From: Azolla caroliniana
Taxonomy: Eukaryota; Plantae; Polypodiophyta
NCBI GenBank assembly: GCA_043228905.1
Contig: JBHGNT010000014.1
Coordinates: 3,720,001 to 3,784,000 of the forward strand
Length of the DNA: 64,000 nt
Reading direction: 5' to 3'
In this document: one piece after another, positions 24,571 to 36,300 of the stretch
Position numbering within the stretch: position 1 is the stretch's first letter
Layout: every line of letters begins with the position of its first letter
Position numbers and translations under genes: made by a program
The notes under the pieces: generated by a model
Database searches by the model: none
The model's input: only the letters and a program-made list of their open reading frames with translations
What the model was told of the DNA's origin: nothing

Positions 24571-27500
24571 GATGACGACTTCATGGTCTGTTACACACCT
24601 CCAAAGTAGATCGTCGTTACCCCGACGGTACAAATTGCCACGGAGCATCGTGAAGGGGCCACATTTCTTTAGCAAGGCACGCGCATGTGTTCGTGGTAGT
24701 CGTTTTAGGAAGGATGCTCCTTCAGTTAGGACACGAATGATATCTGATGCCCATGCTGGTACGGTGTCGATCACGAATAATGTTGCATCTAGTGTTTCAT
24801 CGTCGACCCCAGTGGCTTCTTCTTCGCTAGGAATCCGGGAGAAATGATCGGCGAGTACATGGTCTTTCCCTTTTCTCACTACTACCTTGAAGTCGAACTC
24901 GAGTAACGTTACGATCCATCGTGAGATGCGTCCGGTGGCGTGAGTTTTGTTTACTAAGTAGAGTAGGGCCTGATGATCTACAAAAAACGAGAACCGGAAC
25001 GCCAAAAGGTAGTGGCGGAATTTCTTTACGCTGTAAACCATGGTCAAAGCCTCACGTTTCGTCGTGGAGTAATTTCATTCCGTAGCATTTAGTTGGCAAA
25101 TAGCGAAGGTGACCGGTAGGTCGAGTGCCCCTTCACCGGGTTGAGCTAGCACTACACCAATCACGAAGGTGGAAGCGTCGGACGTGGAATTCTTTGGTCC
25201 AATTGGGAGGCCAGAGGATGGGGGCCTTAGTTAGGCGCTCTTTCAAGAGCTTGAAGGAGTGTGTGCATTCTTCTGTCCACACGAACTGCTTTAATAGGGT
25301 GTAGAGTGGTCTAGCCTTGTCCGCGAACATCTTAATGAAGCGTCTATAGTAACCCGCATATCCCATGAACCTTTGTAGTTGTTTCTCGTTTGTGGGGGGT
25401 GGCATGTCAAGGATGAGTTTTACTTTTGCCTCATTGGTCGAGATCCCGTGGCAGGACACGACGTCTCCTAATATTATTTCGTGCTTGACCCAGAACTGAC
25501 ACTTGAGCGGGTTGAGAGAGAGTTGATAGGTCTTGCATTTTTCGAACATCAAACGGAGTAGCCCCAAGTGGTCATGCCATTTCGAGTTGCGACATAAGTC
25601 GTCAACATAAGACTCCACCCCTTGTCGTAACCTTGCTGCAAAGATATGGTTTGCCGCTCTTTGGTAGGTGCTCAAGGCACTCGTGAGTCCGAAAGGCATC
25701 TGTTTATACGCAAACGTACCAAATTCCGTGGCGAAGGATGTCTTGTGTTGATCCTCAGGGACCACCGAGATTTTGTTGTACCCGGAGAACCCGTCGATGA
25801 AGCTATAATCTTTTGCTCCCGCAGTTCTTTCGAGTAGATGCTCGATGTAGGGTACCAGGTAATTGTCCTTGATAGTGGCTTCGTTAACTTGGCAGTAGTT
25901 GACACAGATGTAGATTTGGCCGTTTTTCTTTGGGACGACTACAATCGGGGAGACCCAAGTAGTTCGTTCGATTGGGTAGATAATGCCTGCAGCCAACATT
26001 TTGTTGATTTCGGCTTTCACTTGTTGGGCGTAGTTAGGGTTCATTGGACGTGGCCTTTGCCAGATTGGGTGGGTGTCGGCTCACATGGGGATACTATGGG
26101 TGACGACCTCAGCTGGGACTCCCTTCATGTCGACGTACGACCATGCAAACACGTAGCTAAATTCCGTGAGGAGGGTGATCAAGGACGCCTCCTCGTCGGG
26201 CTGGAGATCTGCAGCTATGAACACCGGTTTGGAGTCTGTCCCTTTCCCGAGGTTGATTTCTTTCACCCTTGTTGGTCCATTATAGACTTCTCCTAGGCCT
26301 TGGGGGGTGAGTTGTGGTCTCTTACAAGCCATTGCCCTACTCCCTTGTTCATAGAGTTTGAAATGCTTTGGGAAGTCCGCTTCCGTCACAGTCTTCTGAG
26401 TGGTCGTGACGTCACCTGGACATGTGACTCGTTGTACCAGTTCTTCGTCCTTTACGTCTACTTCTTTTCGTCGGGGTCCCAGGGTGGTGACGTTGAAGCA
26501 TGAGATTGTTTCTCCGTCCTCTTCACAACACTTTGTACCTATAGGGTACATTGCATTGGTTGTGGCGAGAGCGTGCACCCAATTCATCTCTAACGTCTCG
26601 GAAGCGACGGATTGGTCGTCTCTCTCACGTGTGTTCTCCTCTTTGGAAGTGGTGAGGCTTTGAGGAAAGTGTTGGCCTTTGGTCAAGAGTTGAACTATCT
26701 TTGTGGGGTTGCATGCTAGGAGGTTGTTCTCGAACTCAGTGGTTTCTGACCAATCGTCTACGAGAGGGTTGCCTTCTTGTTCATGCACTTTTTGTGTGTA
26801 TGCTTTGATGCGGAAGGTTTTGTTGTCCTTACGCATATAGATTATATCGTTCCCGAAATCCATTACCAGGCGGCTTATACGTAGGAATGGTCTTCCTAGT
26901 AAGCACTTGTAGGCTACATGGTTGGACGATCTTGTGACGACGAAGGTGAGATTGAACTCCACTCCGTGGATAGTGAAGTGATGCGCAGGAATCATGCCTT
27001 CCGGTCTTTGGATGGACCCATCTGCCATTCGTAGTTTGACATCGGAAGGAAGCATTCTTGGGCTCCCCCACTTACACCAACATTCGTAACTGACGATGCT
27101 TACCCCTGCTCCGGTGTCAATGATGGCATCACACGTCTTACCATTGACGCAGACTGGTAGAGTGAAACTAGTGTCGTTGCTCTTGAAGTGAGCTTTGTGG
27201 ACGTCGACTGGCAGTCCTTCGGGTTGTTTGAGGACTGTGAACGTGTGAGGAGTGTGGGTGTGTATCCCTTCACCATATCCTGCCGATAGGCCACCATTGA
27301 GGCGTCGGAGGACGTCGTGCCACGGTTGAATGTCGAGTTTGAGTAGTTCTTCGAGCGTGAACTCTATTTCCTTGGCGAGTAGAGGTCGTAGCAGGGGGTT
27401 GTCGGTGGTGAAGGTGCCAGTGTAGCTCTGCACTTCGCGTAATGTGAGTCGCAATCTTAAATTTAAGATTTGCTGGAGTAGGGCTGTGTTGACCTCTTTG

Positions 27501-28594
27501 ATCGGGGTAGGATGGCAAGTGGGGGTGTCGGTTGGTGTGACGACGGGGGAGGTGAGGGGTTTACCCATTCTTCTAGTTGTTCGAAGTTTAAGTTGGGGAG
27601 GCTAAGTGATTTTTCAAACTGTTCGTGGTGTATGAGCTTGATGTATTCTTCTACCTTTTGTTTCTCAGCTACTGGGTTTGGGTATGCCGCTAGGTGTGCT
27701 GGTAGTTCTTGATTCGGATTGACAGGTAATGTTTCTATGTCTCCCTCTGGTTCTTGATCTTGTTTTGAGGTCTGCGTGGAATTATTCTTTCTAGATTTGC
27801 GTCTCTTATGTGCGGTCACGGGGAGACCTTGATCTTGGTATTTTAAATTGTGCGCTACTCGTTGGACTCGTGTGATGACATTGGCACCGATCGCGGATGG
27901 TACAATGGACAATAGATTTGTGCCGACCCTTTTCTTCTTTTCTAGGCAATCAGATACTAGGTGTTCTTTACCGCACCCTGGGCATGATGCTTCTCTTGCG
28001 ATTGTTGGGTGAGACCTTGCGCCAGTGGTTGTGGGGGCGTGTCGAGTGCGAGGTGTCGTGGTCGTTAGGCCATCTGGTTGTAGTATTCATGTTTGGTTGG
28101 GCACTCGCTAACCATATGTGGGCCTTGGCAGTTGAAGCATTTCAATTCTAACCTCCTTAGACCATTGTTGTTGCGGTATCCCATTGGGGGTCCACGCTGT
28201 TCCCCTCTTAGGATGTACACTGGTATTTGGTCGCCTTCAAAGTCCACGAAATGGGACAATACCTCTTCTTCAATGCCATACTCCCAATACGAGTCTTCAT
28301 ATTCGGGGGTGCTCACCCCGACCTGGGTTTGGTTATCTGTGGTATATTCCAGTTCGACGAGGCGGGTGCCGATGCTCGGTAGTGGGAGTTGTTGAGGGAG
28401 TATCGCTGGTAGTGGTGGGCGGCTAAGTGGTGGAGGTGAGCGTGGGTGTTCCACCATTGGCATTTGGTCGTACCTTCCAGTGGGAGCTTGCCAGCAGTTC
28501 TCTTGCGTATGCATCACGAAAGTTTTGCACCACTTACAGTATTGCGGTCATTGTTGATGAAGGAGGGGACACTCATGTCCCGTGTGGTAGCCGT
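24571..28594 (-). pseudogene. Gypsy-B gag C-terminus, protease, RT, RNase H and integrase N-terminus (degenerate)
   Basis: Zn knuckle CFNCQGPHMVSEC, protease IIDTGAG..LLGRPFL, RT SPIVVVPKKNG/YVDD, RH KKFRHYLL..VDHQAL. Confidence 0.92.
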
Positions 28595-29081
28595 TGTCGC
28601 GAAAATACGACGAGGATATGTGAACGTTGAGGCAAGACCCCGAGGCCTTTGACTAGAGGATATCAAATTCGTGTATTTATGTACTAAGAATTAACCAAAA
28701 TGAGAAAGATTCACAAATTTCATTAATAAAGGGAAAGAAAGATTACAATCAATCTCAAGATTGAGATTACAAAAAGCTTAGTAAATGGAGATTACTAGAG
28801 TAATAGATAAGAGGAAATTAAGATATGAATTCTATAGAAAATTAGGGTTTGTGGCTTTGATAAGAGATTATGGTTTTATGAGTTGAATAGCTTCCGTATG
28901 GAAATTTAGGGTTATGAGTAAGATATGGCTTCCGTAAGGAAATTAGGGTTTACTTGAGAGATATGTCTTCGATAAGATAGGGGAGCTAAGAAGGAAAAGA
29001 AAAAAAATATAATATGGACAGAGTATATCAGTATAGGAAAAAAAATGGAATATATATGGAGTTTTCCCTTGATCATCTACA
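28595..29081 (-). mobile_element. LTR fragment of the TGTCG..CGACA family inserted in Gypsy-B gag; probably continues at 39314-39815
   Basis: Sharp switch from gag to AT-rich sequence at TGTCGCG. The minus-strand end CTAGTC..CGCGACA resembles the LTR ends at 6276 and 14164. The right junction is not resolved. Confidence 0.6.
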
Positions 29082-29329
29082 TGTCCACTTTTGGTTGCAT
29101 GGCCTCTACTTTTAGTTGCATCTATTTTTTAGTTGCATGGCTTTTTCTTTTAGTTGCATGCAACCGTCCACATGACCTTTATTTTTTGCATGCACTCCAA
29201 CTTTAGTTGCTTGCATCCACATGGCCTTTACTTTAGTTCTCTTCACTTTACTTTAGTTTGTTGCATGATCCAATCTTCCGTCCGTCCGCGTCCAACCTCG
29301 TCCGATAGCCGGTTCTGCTCGATCGCCGA

Positions 29330-29665
29330 ATCCCTCGCCGGTCGGTTCCATTTTGCTTGCCGACCTATTCCGATTTGATTGCCGACCGGTTCCGGTTTCT
29401 TGCCGGTTCACGGTTCCCGTTCCCGTTCTGGTTTGCTTACCAACCGATTCCGGTTCCATTTTGCTTGCCGGTTACGATTCCAATTCCGGTTTTGCTTACC
29501 GGCCGGTTTTCGTATTTCCATACAGGCCGGTTTCCGTATTCTGGTTTTGCATACCGACCGGTTTCCGGATTTGCATACCGGCCGGTTTTCGGATTTGCTT
29601 ACCAGCCGGTTTCCTGTTTGCATACCGGCCGGTTTCCGGATTTGCTTACCGGCTGGTTTCTGGAT
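29330..29665. repeat. Degenerate minisatellite of about 24 bp (GCTTACCGGCCGGTTTCCGGATTT) in the left LTR-like block
   Basis: Tandem units are visible and give FAYRPVSG repeat peptides in spurious ORFs. Confidence 0.8.
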
Positions 29666-30003
29666 TTTGGGAACTTGGCCACCATCATCCATCAAGACAA
29701 AGTGGCCAAAGTGCTCTTAGCGCAAATGATAAATGAGGGAGCTCAAGGTGCTTATATAGTCAGGGCCTTAAGTTTTCTATCTATGTGGGATAGTTCTAAT
29801 TTCTCTATCTTCTCAAACTTCATTTTCACATAACTTGATATGTATTTCTCCATTTTGTATATAGTAAATACGTTTTGAAGCTCTTGAGTATATCCATCTT
29901 TCTATAGTAAGCTACTAATCTAATCTATAATAATTATTTCATTATTTTTTTACATAGTGTGTGAAGATTCTGGTCTCTGCTCCTTTGCCGACCGGGTAAC
30001 ACA

Positions 30004-30020
30004 TGGCACGCCTGTGGGAC
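30004..30020 (+). promoter_or_regulatory. tRNA-Arg-type PBS-like sequence on the plus strand
   Basis: TGGCACGCCTGTGGGAC lies 2 nt after ..GGGTAACA and resembles Tat-lineage Arg PBSs of the TGGCACGCCCAGTGGGAC type. Confidence 0.7.
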
Positions 30021-30074
30021 AGTACCTTGTACGTCGAATCCCACTATCGGGCCCTTAGCCTTCATCCAAGATGT

Positions 30075-33060
30075 CTAGAATACTCTATTCCAGGGTATCC
30101 AATGGTTGTTCGGAATTCGGTTGTTGTTGCTGCTATTGTGGTTGTTGTTGTTGTTGTTGCTGCGGTGGCTGCGGCTCCTCCGACTGTTGCTCTTGAGCGG
30201 GCGTATGTTCGGCTCCCGGTACCGACAGTTGTAGCGGTGATTCCTCCATTAGCTACTCCGCCAGATTTGACTCCGGTTGACTCGTCCTGGCCTTGTCTCC
30301 GTCCGGTCCTTGCTCCGATGAGGGCTCCTCATCGCTGAGGTTGACGGTCGCCGCCTGCTTTGATTCTTCTCTTCGTAGCCTGGTCTGCTCATAGCTCTCA
30401 AACTAGATTTGAGCATCCAGTCGATCATCATCTAGCTGGGCTACAAGTTGTCGGACCACTGCTGCCTGCTCCTCCACCAGAGTTACAAAATCTTCGGCTA
30501 ACTCCTCTCTGACGGCGGTGAAGTCCTCCTTTGTTAGCATGTAGCAGTCGTCACCATCCTTCTGCCGGTTTTCCACGTCCGCCCGTAGCAACCGGAGCTC
30601 GGCTGTGTGCTTTGCCCATTTGTCCCACCATTTCTTAGAGCTTTCGTCAATCAAGCGTTTGGTTTTGTTCCTCCATGCCTGGACAATGAACTGGATCCGC
30701 TCCAATCCCATTTTTTATTTGTCCTCCACGGCTTGCCGTTCGTCCTTCAACTGCTTGATGAGTGCCACCGTATCCACCTCCTACTCCCGGTAATGTGACA
30801 GTTGGATTTGATAAGTGTTCTGCAGCCTTTGCAAGATCATCGTCGCTCTTTCCTTCTCTTCCTAATGTTGCTTATGCAGCTCCATCCGTTCTTGCGCGAC
30901 TTCCTCCAGCAGCGTGGTTCTTTCAGCCCGTTCCTCCGCCTGTGCCGTCTCAACCCGATGTACCTCCTGCCGGAGCTCTACCATCTTCTCCTCTTGTTTC
31001 TTATGCTCCATATCCAGGTGCTTGTAGTCCCGGTGTAGGTGCTCAAAATCATCGGTTTTCTGCTTCAACTTTTGGTTGACTTGTCGGCGAGCGCGGTCTT
31101 CCCGGTCCTTTTACAGACGGAGTTCTTCTTTCAGCCTTTTGATCTCTGTTTCCGCCATTCGTCGTAGCTTCTCCTTTTCTTATAGCGCCTTCTCTTTCTC
31201 CTCCTTCAGCCGGTCGTAGGCCTGATGTCCTTTCCGCAAATTCTCTTCTGCCTAGCGGAGGTTCTCAGCAGCCTTTCGTTGCTCTTCTTCTGCCGCTTTC
31301 TTCAAGTCCCGCTCTCGGGTGCGTAATGCTTCCTATGTGGCCAGTTCCTCTCTTAAGTCAGCAAGCTTTTTTGTTTGCGCCGCCACTATCTCCGGGACTA
31401 TTTCCGTCTCCGGGGTCTTATTGCTATGTACAGGTGTCGGTGCTTCTTTATTTTGTACATCAACTGGGGTCACAAGTGCTTGGAGCTGTGGTCCGGTTAA
31501 GGCCATTTTGGCCAATTCTTTTGTGGCCAGGTCCAAGTCTTGTTCTAGGCTCTGGATCCTTGACCGGGCCGTCTCTAGTTCTCCGGTTGTGACGAGCAAC
31601 CGGTCCATCTGCGCTTTCTCTTCCGCCTCTATGTAGTGTACCACTCCGGCAATCTGTTCTCCAATCCACCGGAGACATTGCTTGTCGGTGCCCTATTGTT
31701 GCGTCTACTCAGAGGGTTGGTTGTTGGTGTCGCTGGCCAGTGGTCGGTTTTGTCCAGTTGCGTCGAGCTGCAACTCTGGCTCTTGTTGGTGACCATTTTG
31801 CCGTTCTGGTTGCGGCTCCATTGGCCGCTCCGCCTCTGAATGCTCTTGGCTTGCCGGTGGGGTCGGCAATTGTACTTCCGGCGCTTGCATATCGGGTCTT
31901 GCCGTATCCTGACCCATCGGTAGAGGTTGTTGTGCAGGGGGCTCTCTGGCCGATTTTGTCCGAACCGGTTCCGGTTCCATCCTTGGTGCAAGCTGCTCAG
32001 GGCGGGGTACAGGCATTCCATCCTTCTTTGGGTCCGAACGCTCCCCGGCATGTTCGGAGGTGCTTGCCTTCTGGCGCCGTTGGAGGTGCTCTAACAGTTC
32101 CTCCTCTGTTTCCTCCTCTTGAGTCCCGATGTTGATTTTCGCTGCCAAGGGGTCCGACGCTTGTTGAACCAGTCGGCTAAGCCTAATCTTGATTGGCCGC
32201 ACTGGTGGCTCCTCCTGCATTTCCGCCTACCGCTTCTTGTTGGCGCGCTCCTTTGCCGCCTGGTCCGTGTCGGCCACCCTCCCTTTGGTTGCCTTAGACG
32301 CCAACAACTGTTGCCGTTTAGAGGCTGTTTTCGGGGTGCCTTCGGTTGTTCTTCCCCGCTTCGTGGTCTTGACGGGCTCGATAGGTGGCACCAATAGAGT
32401 GAGCCATTGCGCCACCGCCGTCCATATCTTCCGACCCTCTTTGCCTCTGACTAAGTCGATGGCCGCACAGAGGCCATCCGCAATCAGTACCGCCCAATCC
32501 ACCTTCACGCCTTCATATGTGGCTATGATTAAGCCGGCCCAGTTCTGGGGCATGCAGGGGGGTCGAGGGTATACATGTCCGAATTCATGGAGCACCCGGG
32601 CAATCTCTCGAAAGAGAGGATCTTCGCCGCCCTGTGTCTGGTAGGCCTTGCTTGCTACAGAGTATTCCCCAAAGTATTTTCGGAGTTGTTCCGGGGTAGG
32701 ATTGTCGATAGTGAAGATTCCCCCTTCCGGAAGGCCAATCAACGCATGGATGGCCTCCTCAGTAATCATCTCCTTGTCGATTTCTTTGACTATCTTCTCC
32801 GCCTCCCGGTGGGGTGGCGCCTCCATGATGGTGAGGAAACCCTCTAAGCCGTGTTGCCTTAGCCACTTCTTGGCTGCTTCAGAGAGTGCTTGGCAGTCCA
32901 TGGCTTCGTCGAGGTCGGTGAGCGCTGGTGAGGGTTGTGTGTGAGGAGTCTCTGTGTGCGTGGGTTTGCGTCTGCTGATCTTCAATTGCCTGTCTGCATT
33001 TGTGCTCCTTTGTTTGTGAAATGTGAGGGTTTCTATGTGGCGGGGGTCTTCTTGCTGCAT
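30075..33060 (-). pseudogene. Gypsy-Y accessory 3' ORF: plant-transposon-protein-like N-terminal domain, low-complexity linker and long coiled coil (fragmented)
   Basis: ITEEAIHALIGLP..VDWAVLI motif block at 32227-33060, E/K/R/Q-rich heptads at 30400-31644, and a basic/Asn-rich tail. Confidence 0.7.
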
Positions 33061-33316
33061 GTTGGTGCCTGTTTATTTTTTCATTACCCGCGCATGTGCA
33101 CGTCATGTACTAAAATAGAATGGCGTGCCATGTGGCGGCGGTTTAATACCCTATTAATAGCCCACTACGTACCTTTTCAAAGTGCCTTTTCACTCCTTCT
33201 TTTTGCATGTGTCCATTCACCCCTCGCCCTTGCATGATTTACTATGATTTGATTTGATTTGATTTCTTTTTTACTTTTTCTTTTTTTTTCTTTTTTTTTT
33301 TTGATAAATGGTTTTG

Positions 33317-36300
33317 CTAATTAGCAACTGGACCCCTATCCGGATTATGATCCTTGCCGGACGCTAGACTGCTTGCCGGCGCTTCCAACTTACCGGTGTC
33401 CGGTTCTGTGTCGCCCTTCACTTGTTCAAATGGGTTTCTTGGCATGGGTCCATTGTATGGTTTGAGTCGGAACCCGTTGACCCATTTACCCATAACCTCG
33501 CCGGCGAGTGTCCCTAATTGGTAGGAACCGTTGAACTCTCGCGTAATCCAGTATGGTCCGATCCACCGAAACCGTAGCTTTCCTGGCATCTTACCCATCC
33601 GGGTCTGGAACACGAGTATCGTCTTACCGATGCCGAACATCTTTTCATTCCCTTTTCAGTGACGATCCACGAACGCCTTCCTTCGCCGCTGCTCTAGTTC
33701 TAGGTGCATGATGCTGGCTAGCCGGTGTTCTTCCAATTCACACAACGCATTCAACCGGATAGCTTCTGATTCCTTCTCATTTAGGCGTTCCCGAATCTGT
33801 ATTCGTAAACTCGGGACCTGGAACTCTATCGGCATCACTGCTTCTAATCTGAATGCTAAGCGGAACGGTGTTGTGCGGATACTTGTTTTATATGCCGTTC
33901 GGTAGGCCCAAAGTGCACTGTGCAGCTTTGTATCCCAATCCGTTCGGTTCTCATTGACGAATTTCCGCAGGATATTCTGTAGTGTTTTATTTGTTGACTC
34001 TGCTAATCCGTTGGCTTGCGGATAATAGGGAGTGCTTCGTTTGTGCACCACCGCATAAAATGTCATCAAACTTTCCACTACTTGCCCTAAGAAGTGCCCA
34101 CCTTGGTCACTTATGAGCTCTATCGGACATCCATATTGGCACCAGATGCATTCATATAAAAATTTTGTCGTGGATGCCGCGGTGTTGTCGCGTAGTGCTT
34201 TCGCTTCCACCCATTTCGTGCAGTAATCCGTAGCGACGATCACGTACCGGTTGCCGGTTCTCATTGCCGGTGGTTTGAACGAACCGACAAAATCTAGCCC
34301 CCATTTCTGAAATGGTTCTACTGGTAGCACGGGTTGGTGAGGCATTCTAGCTTGTTCGGTTGGTTGCCCCATTCGTTGACATAGGTCACATTCTTTAGCG
34401 TACCAAACTGCATCTTTCAATGTTGTAGGCCACCATAGTCCACTCTGCCATATTTTCCTTGCCGTAGCGTCTCCGGCATAATGTCCTCCGGCCACGCCGC
34501 AGTGTGCCTCGCGCAATATTACTTCCTTTTCGTCACTGTGCACTGCACGTCGCCATATGCCATCTGCGCCTTTGTGGTACAGTGTGTCCTGCAATAGACA
34601 GAAGTGTCGGCTTTGAACTGCTAAGCGTTTCCTTTCGTCTCTGTTCATCTCCTCCGGAGGTAAACCGGTGCTCAGAAATTGGTGCATATTGGTGAGCCAC
34701 TTGTCTTCCTCTGCGACTGAACTGTCCGTTGTCGTTTCTGTTGTGACTCTAAACAGCTCTGCATCCGGAAAGTCGTCTGGGACTCCGTCACCGGTTTCGC
34801 CGGAATCTAGCCGGCTTAAATAGTTCGCTACCGCATGTTGTATGCCAGGTCGGTGGAATATCTCGAACTCGAATTCTTGCAGTAGTAATGTCCACTGGGC
34901 TAGCTTACCGGTGAGTGATGCTTTGGACACCAAATAGAGGAGCGCCGAATGATCTACGTGAAAGGAAAATTTCCTTCCCAACAAATAGTGTCTAAACTTG
35001 GTGACACTGTAGATCATTCCCAAAGCCTCCCTTTCCGTCGTGGAATAATTACATTCCGCTTGGGACAACTTCCGGTTGGCATAATAGACTGGTCGGTACC
35101 ATTTTGGTTCTGTCAGTTGCATCAGTGCGCTCCTGATTGCAATGTCGGACGCGTCAATGAACACATGGAACTCTTTGGACCAATCCGAAGGTTGCACCAC
35201 CGGCGCTTGTGACAACAGTACTTTTAGTGCCCGATAAGCCTGGTCTTCTGTGTACGTCCATCGGAACGGTGTCCGATGTACTACGGCATGCAATGGTGTA
35301 GCCAGGTCTGCCAGATACCAGAGCATTCGACTATGCCACCAAATTTGTCTTAAGAACCGGCTTAGTGCCTTTGCCGTGGCTGGTGTCGATGCCTCCATGA
35401 TTGCTTTTACTTTGTCCGGATCTACTGCGATATCGTCCTTGCTGACTATGTGGCCCAGTAACGCTCTGTTGGTTACTCCGAACACGCATTTTGCTGGGTT
35501 CAGGCTTAGTCGGTAAACCCTACATTTTTCTAGGCATAATCGGAGGTGTTGAAGGTGATCCCCTTCCTGGCTATAAACAGTGAAGTCATCCAAAAATACC
35601 TGCGTGAATGCCGGAATGAATTCCCCGAAAATTTCCATGATGATCCGTTGGAAGGTTGTCGGTGCCGTTTTCAGTCCGAACATCATCACTACGGCAACAA
35701 AGACTCCCCATTCGGTGACAAAAGCGGTTTTCTCCTGGTCGGCGGGGTGCATCCGAATCTGATTATAGCCGCTAAAACTATCCAGAAAACTGTACACCTT
35801 ATGACCGGCGACTGCATCCAGGACTCCATCCGTGAATGGAAGTGGGAAGGCGTCTGTTACCGTAGCCGCATTCAATTTCCGGTAGTCAACGCACACTCTG
35901 ATCTTACCGTTCTTTTTGGGTACTACCACTATCGGGCTGAGCCATATGGCTTTCTTTACCGGTCAGATGAAGCCCACTCTCAGCAACTTGTCGATTTCTT
36001 CTTTGACCTTTGCTGTGTAATTTGGGTTCATCCAGTAACGTCGTTGCGCTACTGGTTTGGCGTCTTTGCTCAGATGTATCTGGTGTTGATATAACTGAGG
36101 ATCGAGTCCCGACATGTCTTTGTAGGACCAGGCGAACACATCACGAAATTCTTTTAGGAGTGTGATCATTGTCATTTTGTTGTCCGAAGTCATTTCCTTG
36201 GCGATGTGCACCGGTCTTGTGTCCTCTGTGGTACCTAGGTTTACCTCTTCTAGTTGGGATGCTTTCACACGCTGTGATACTGCCATTTCTTTTTCCAGTG

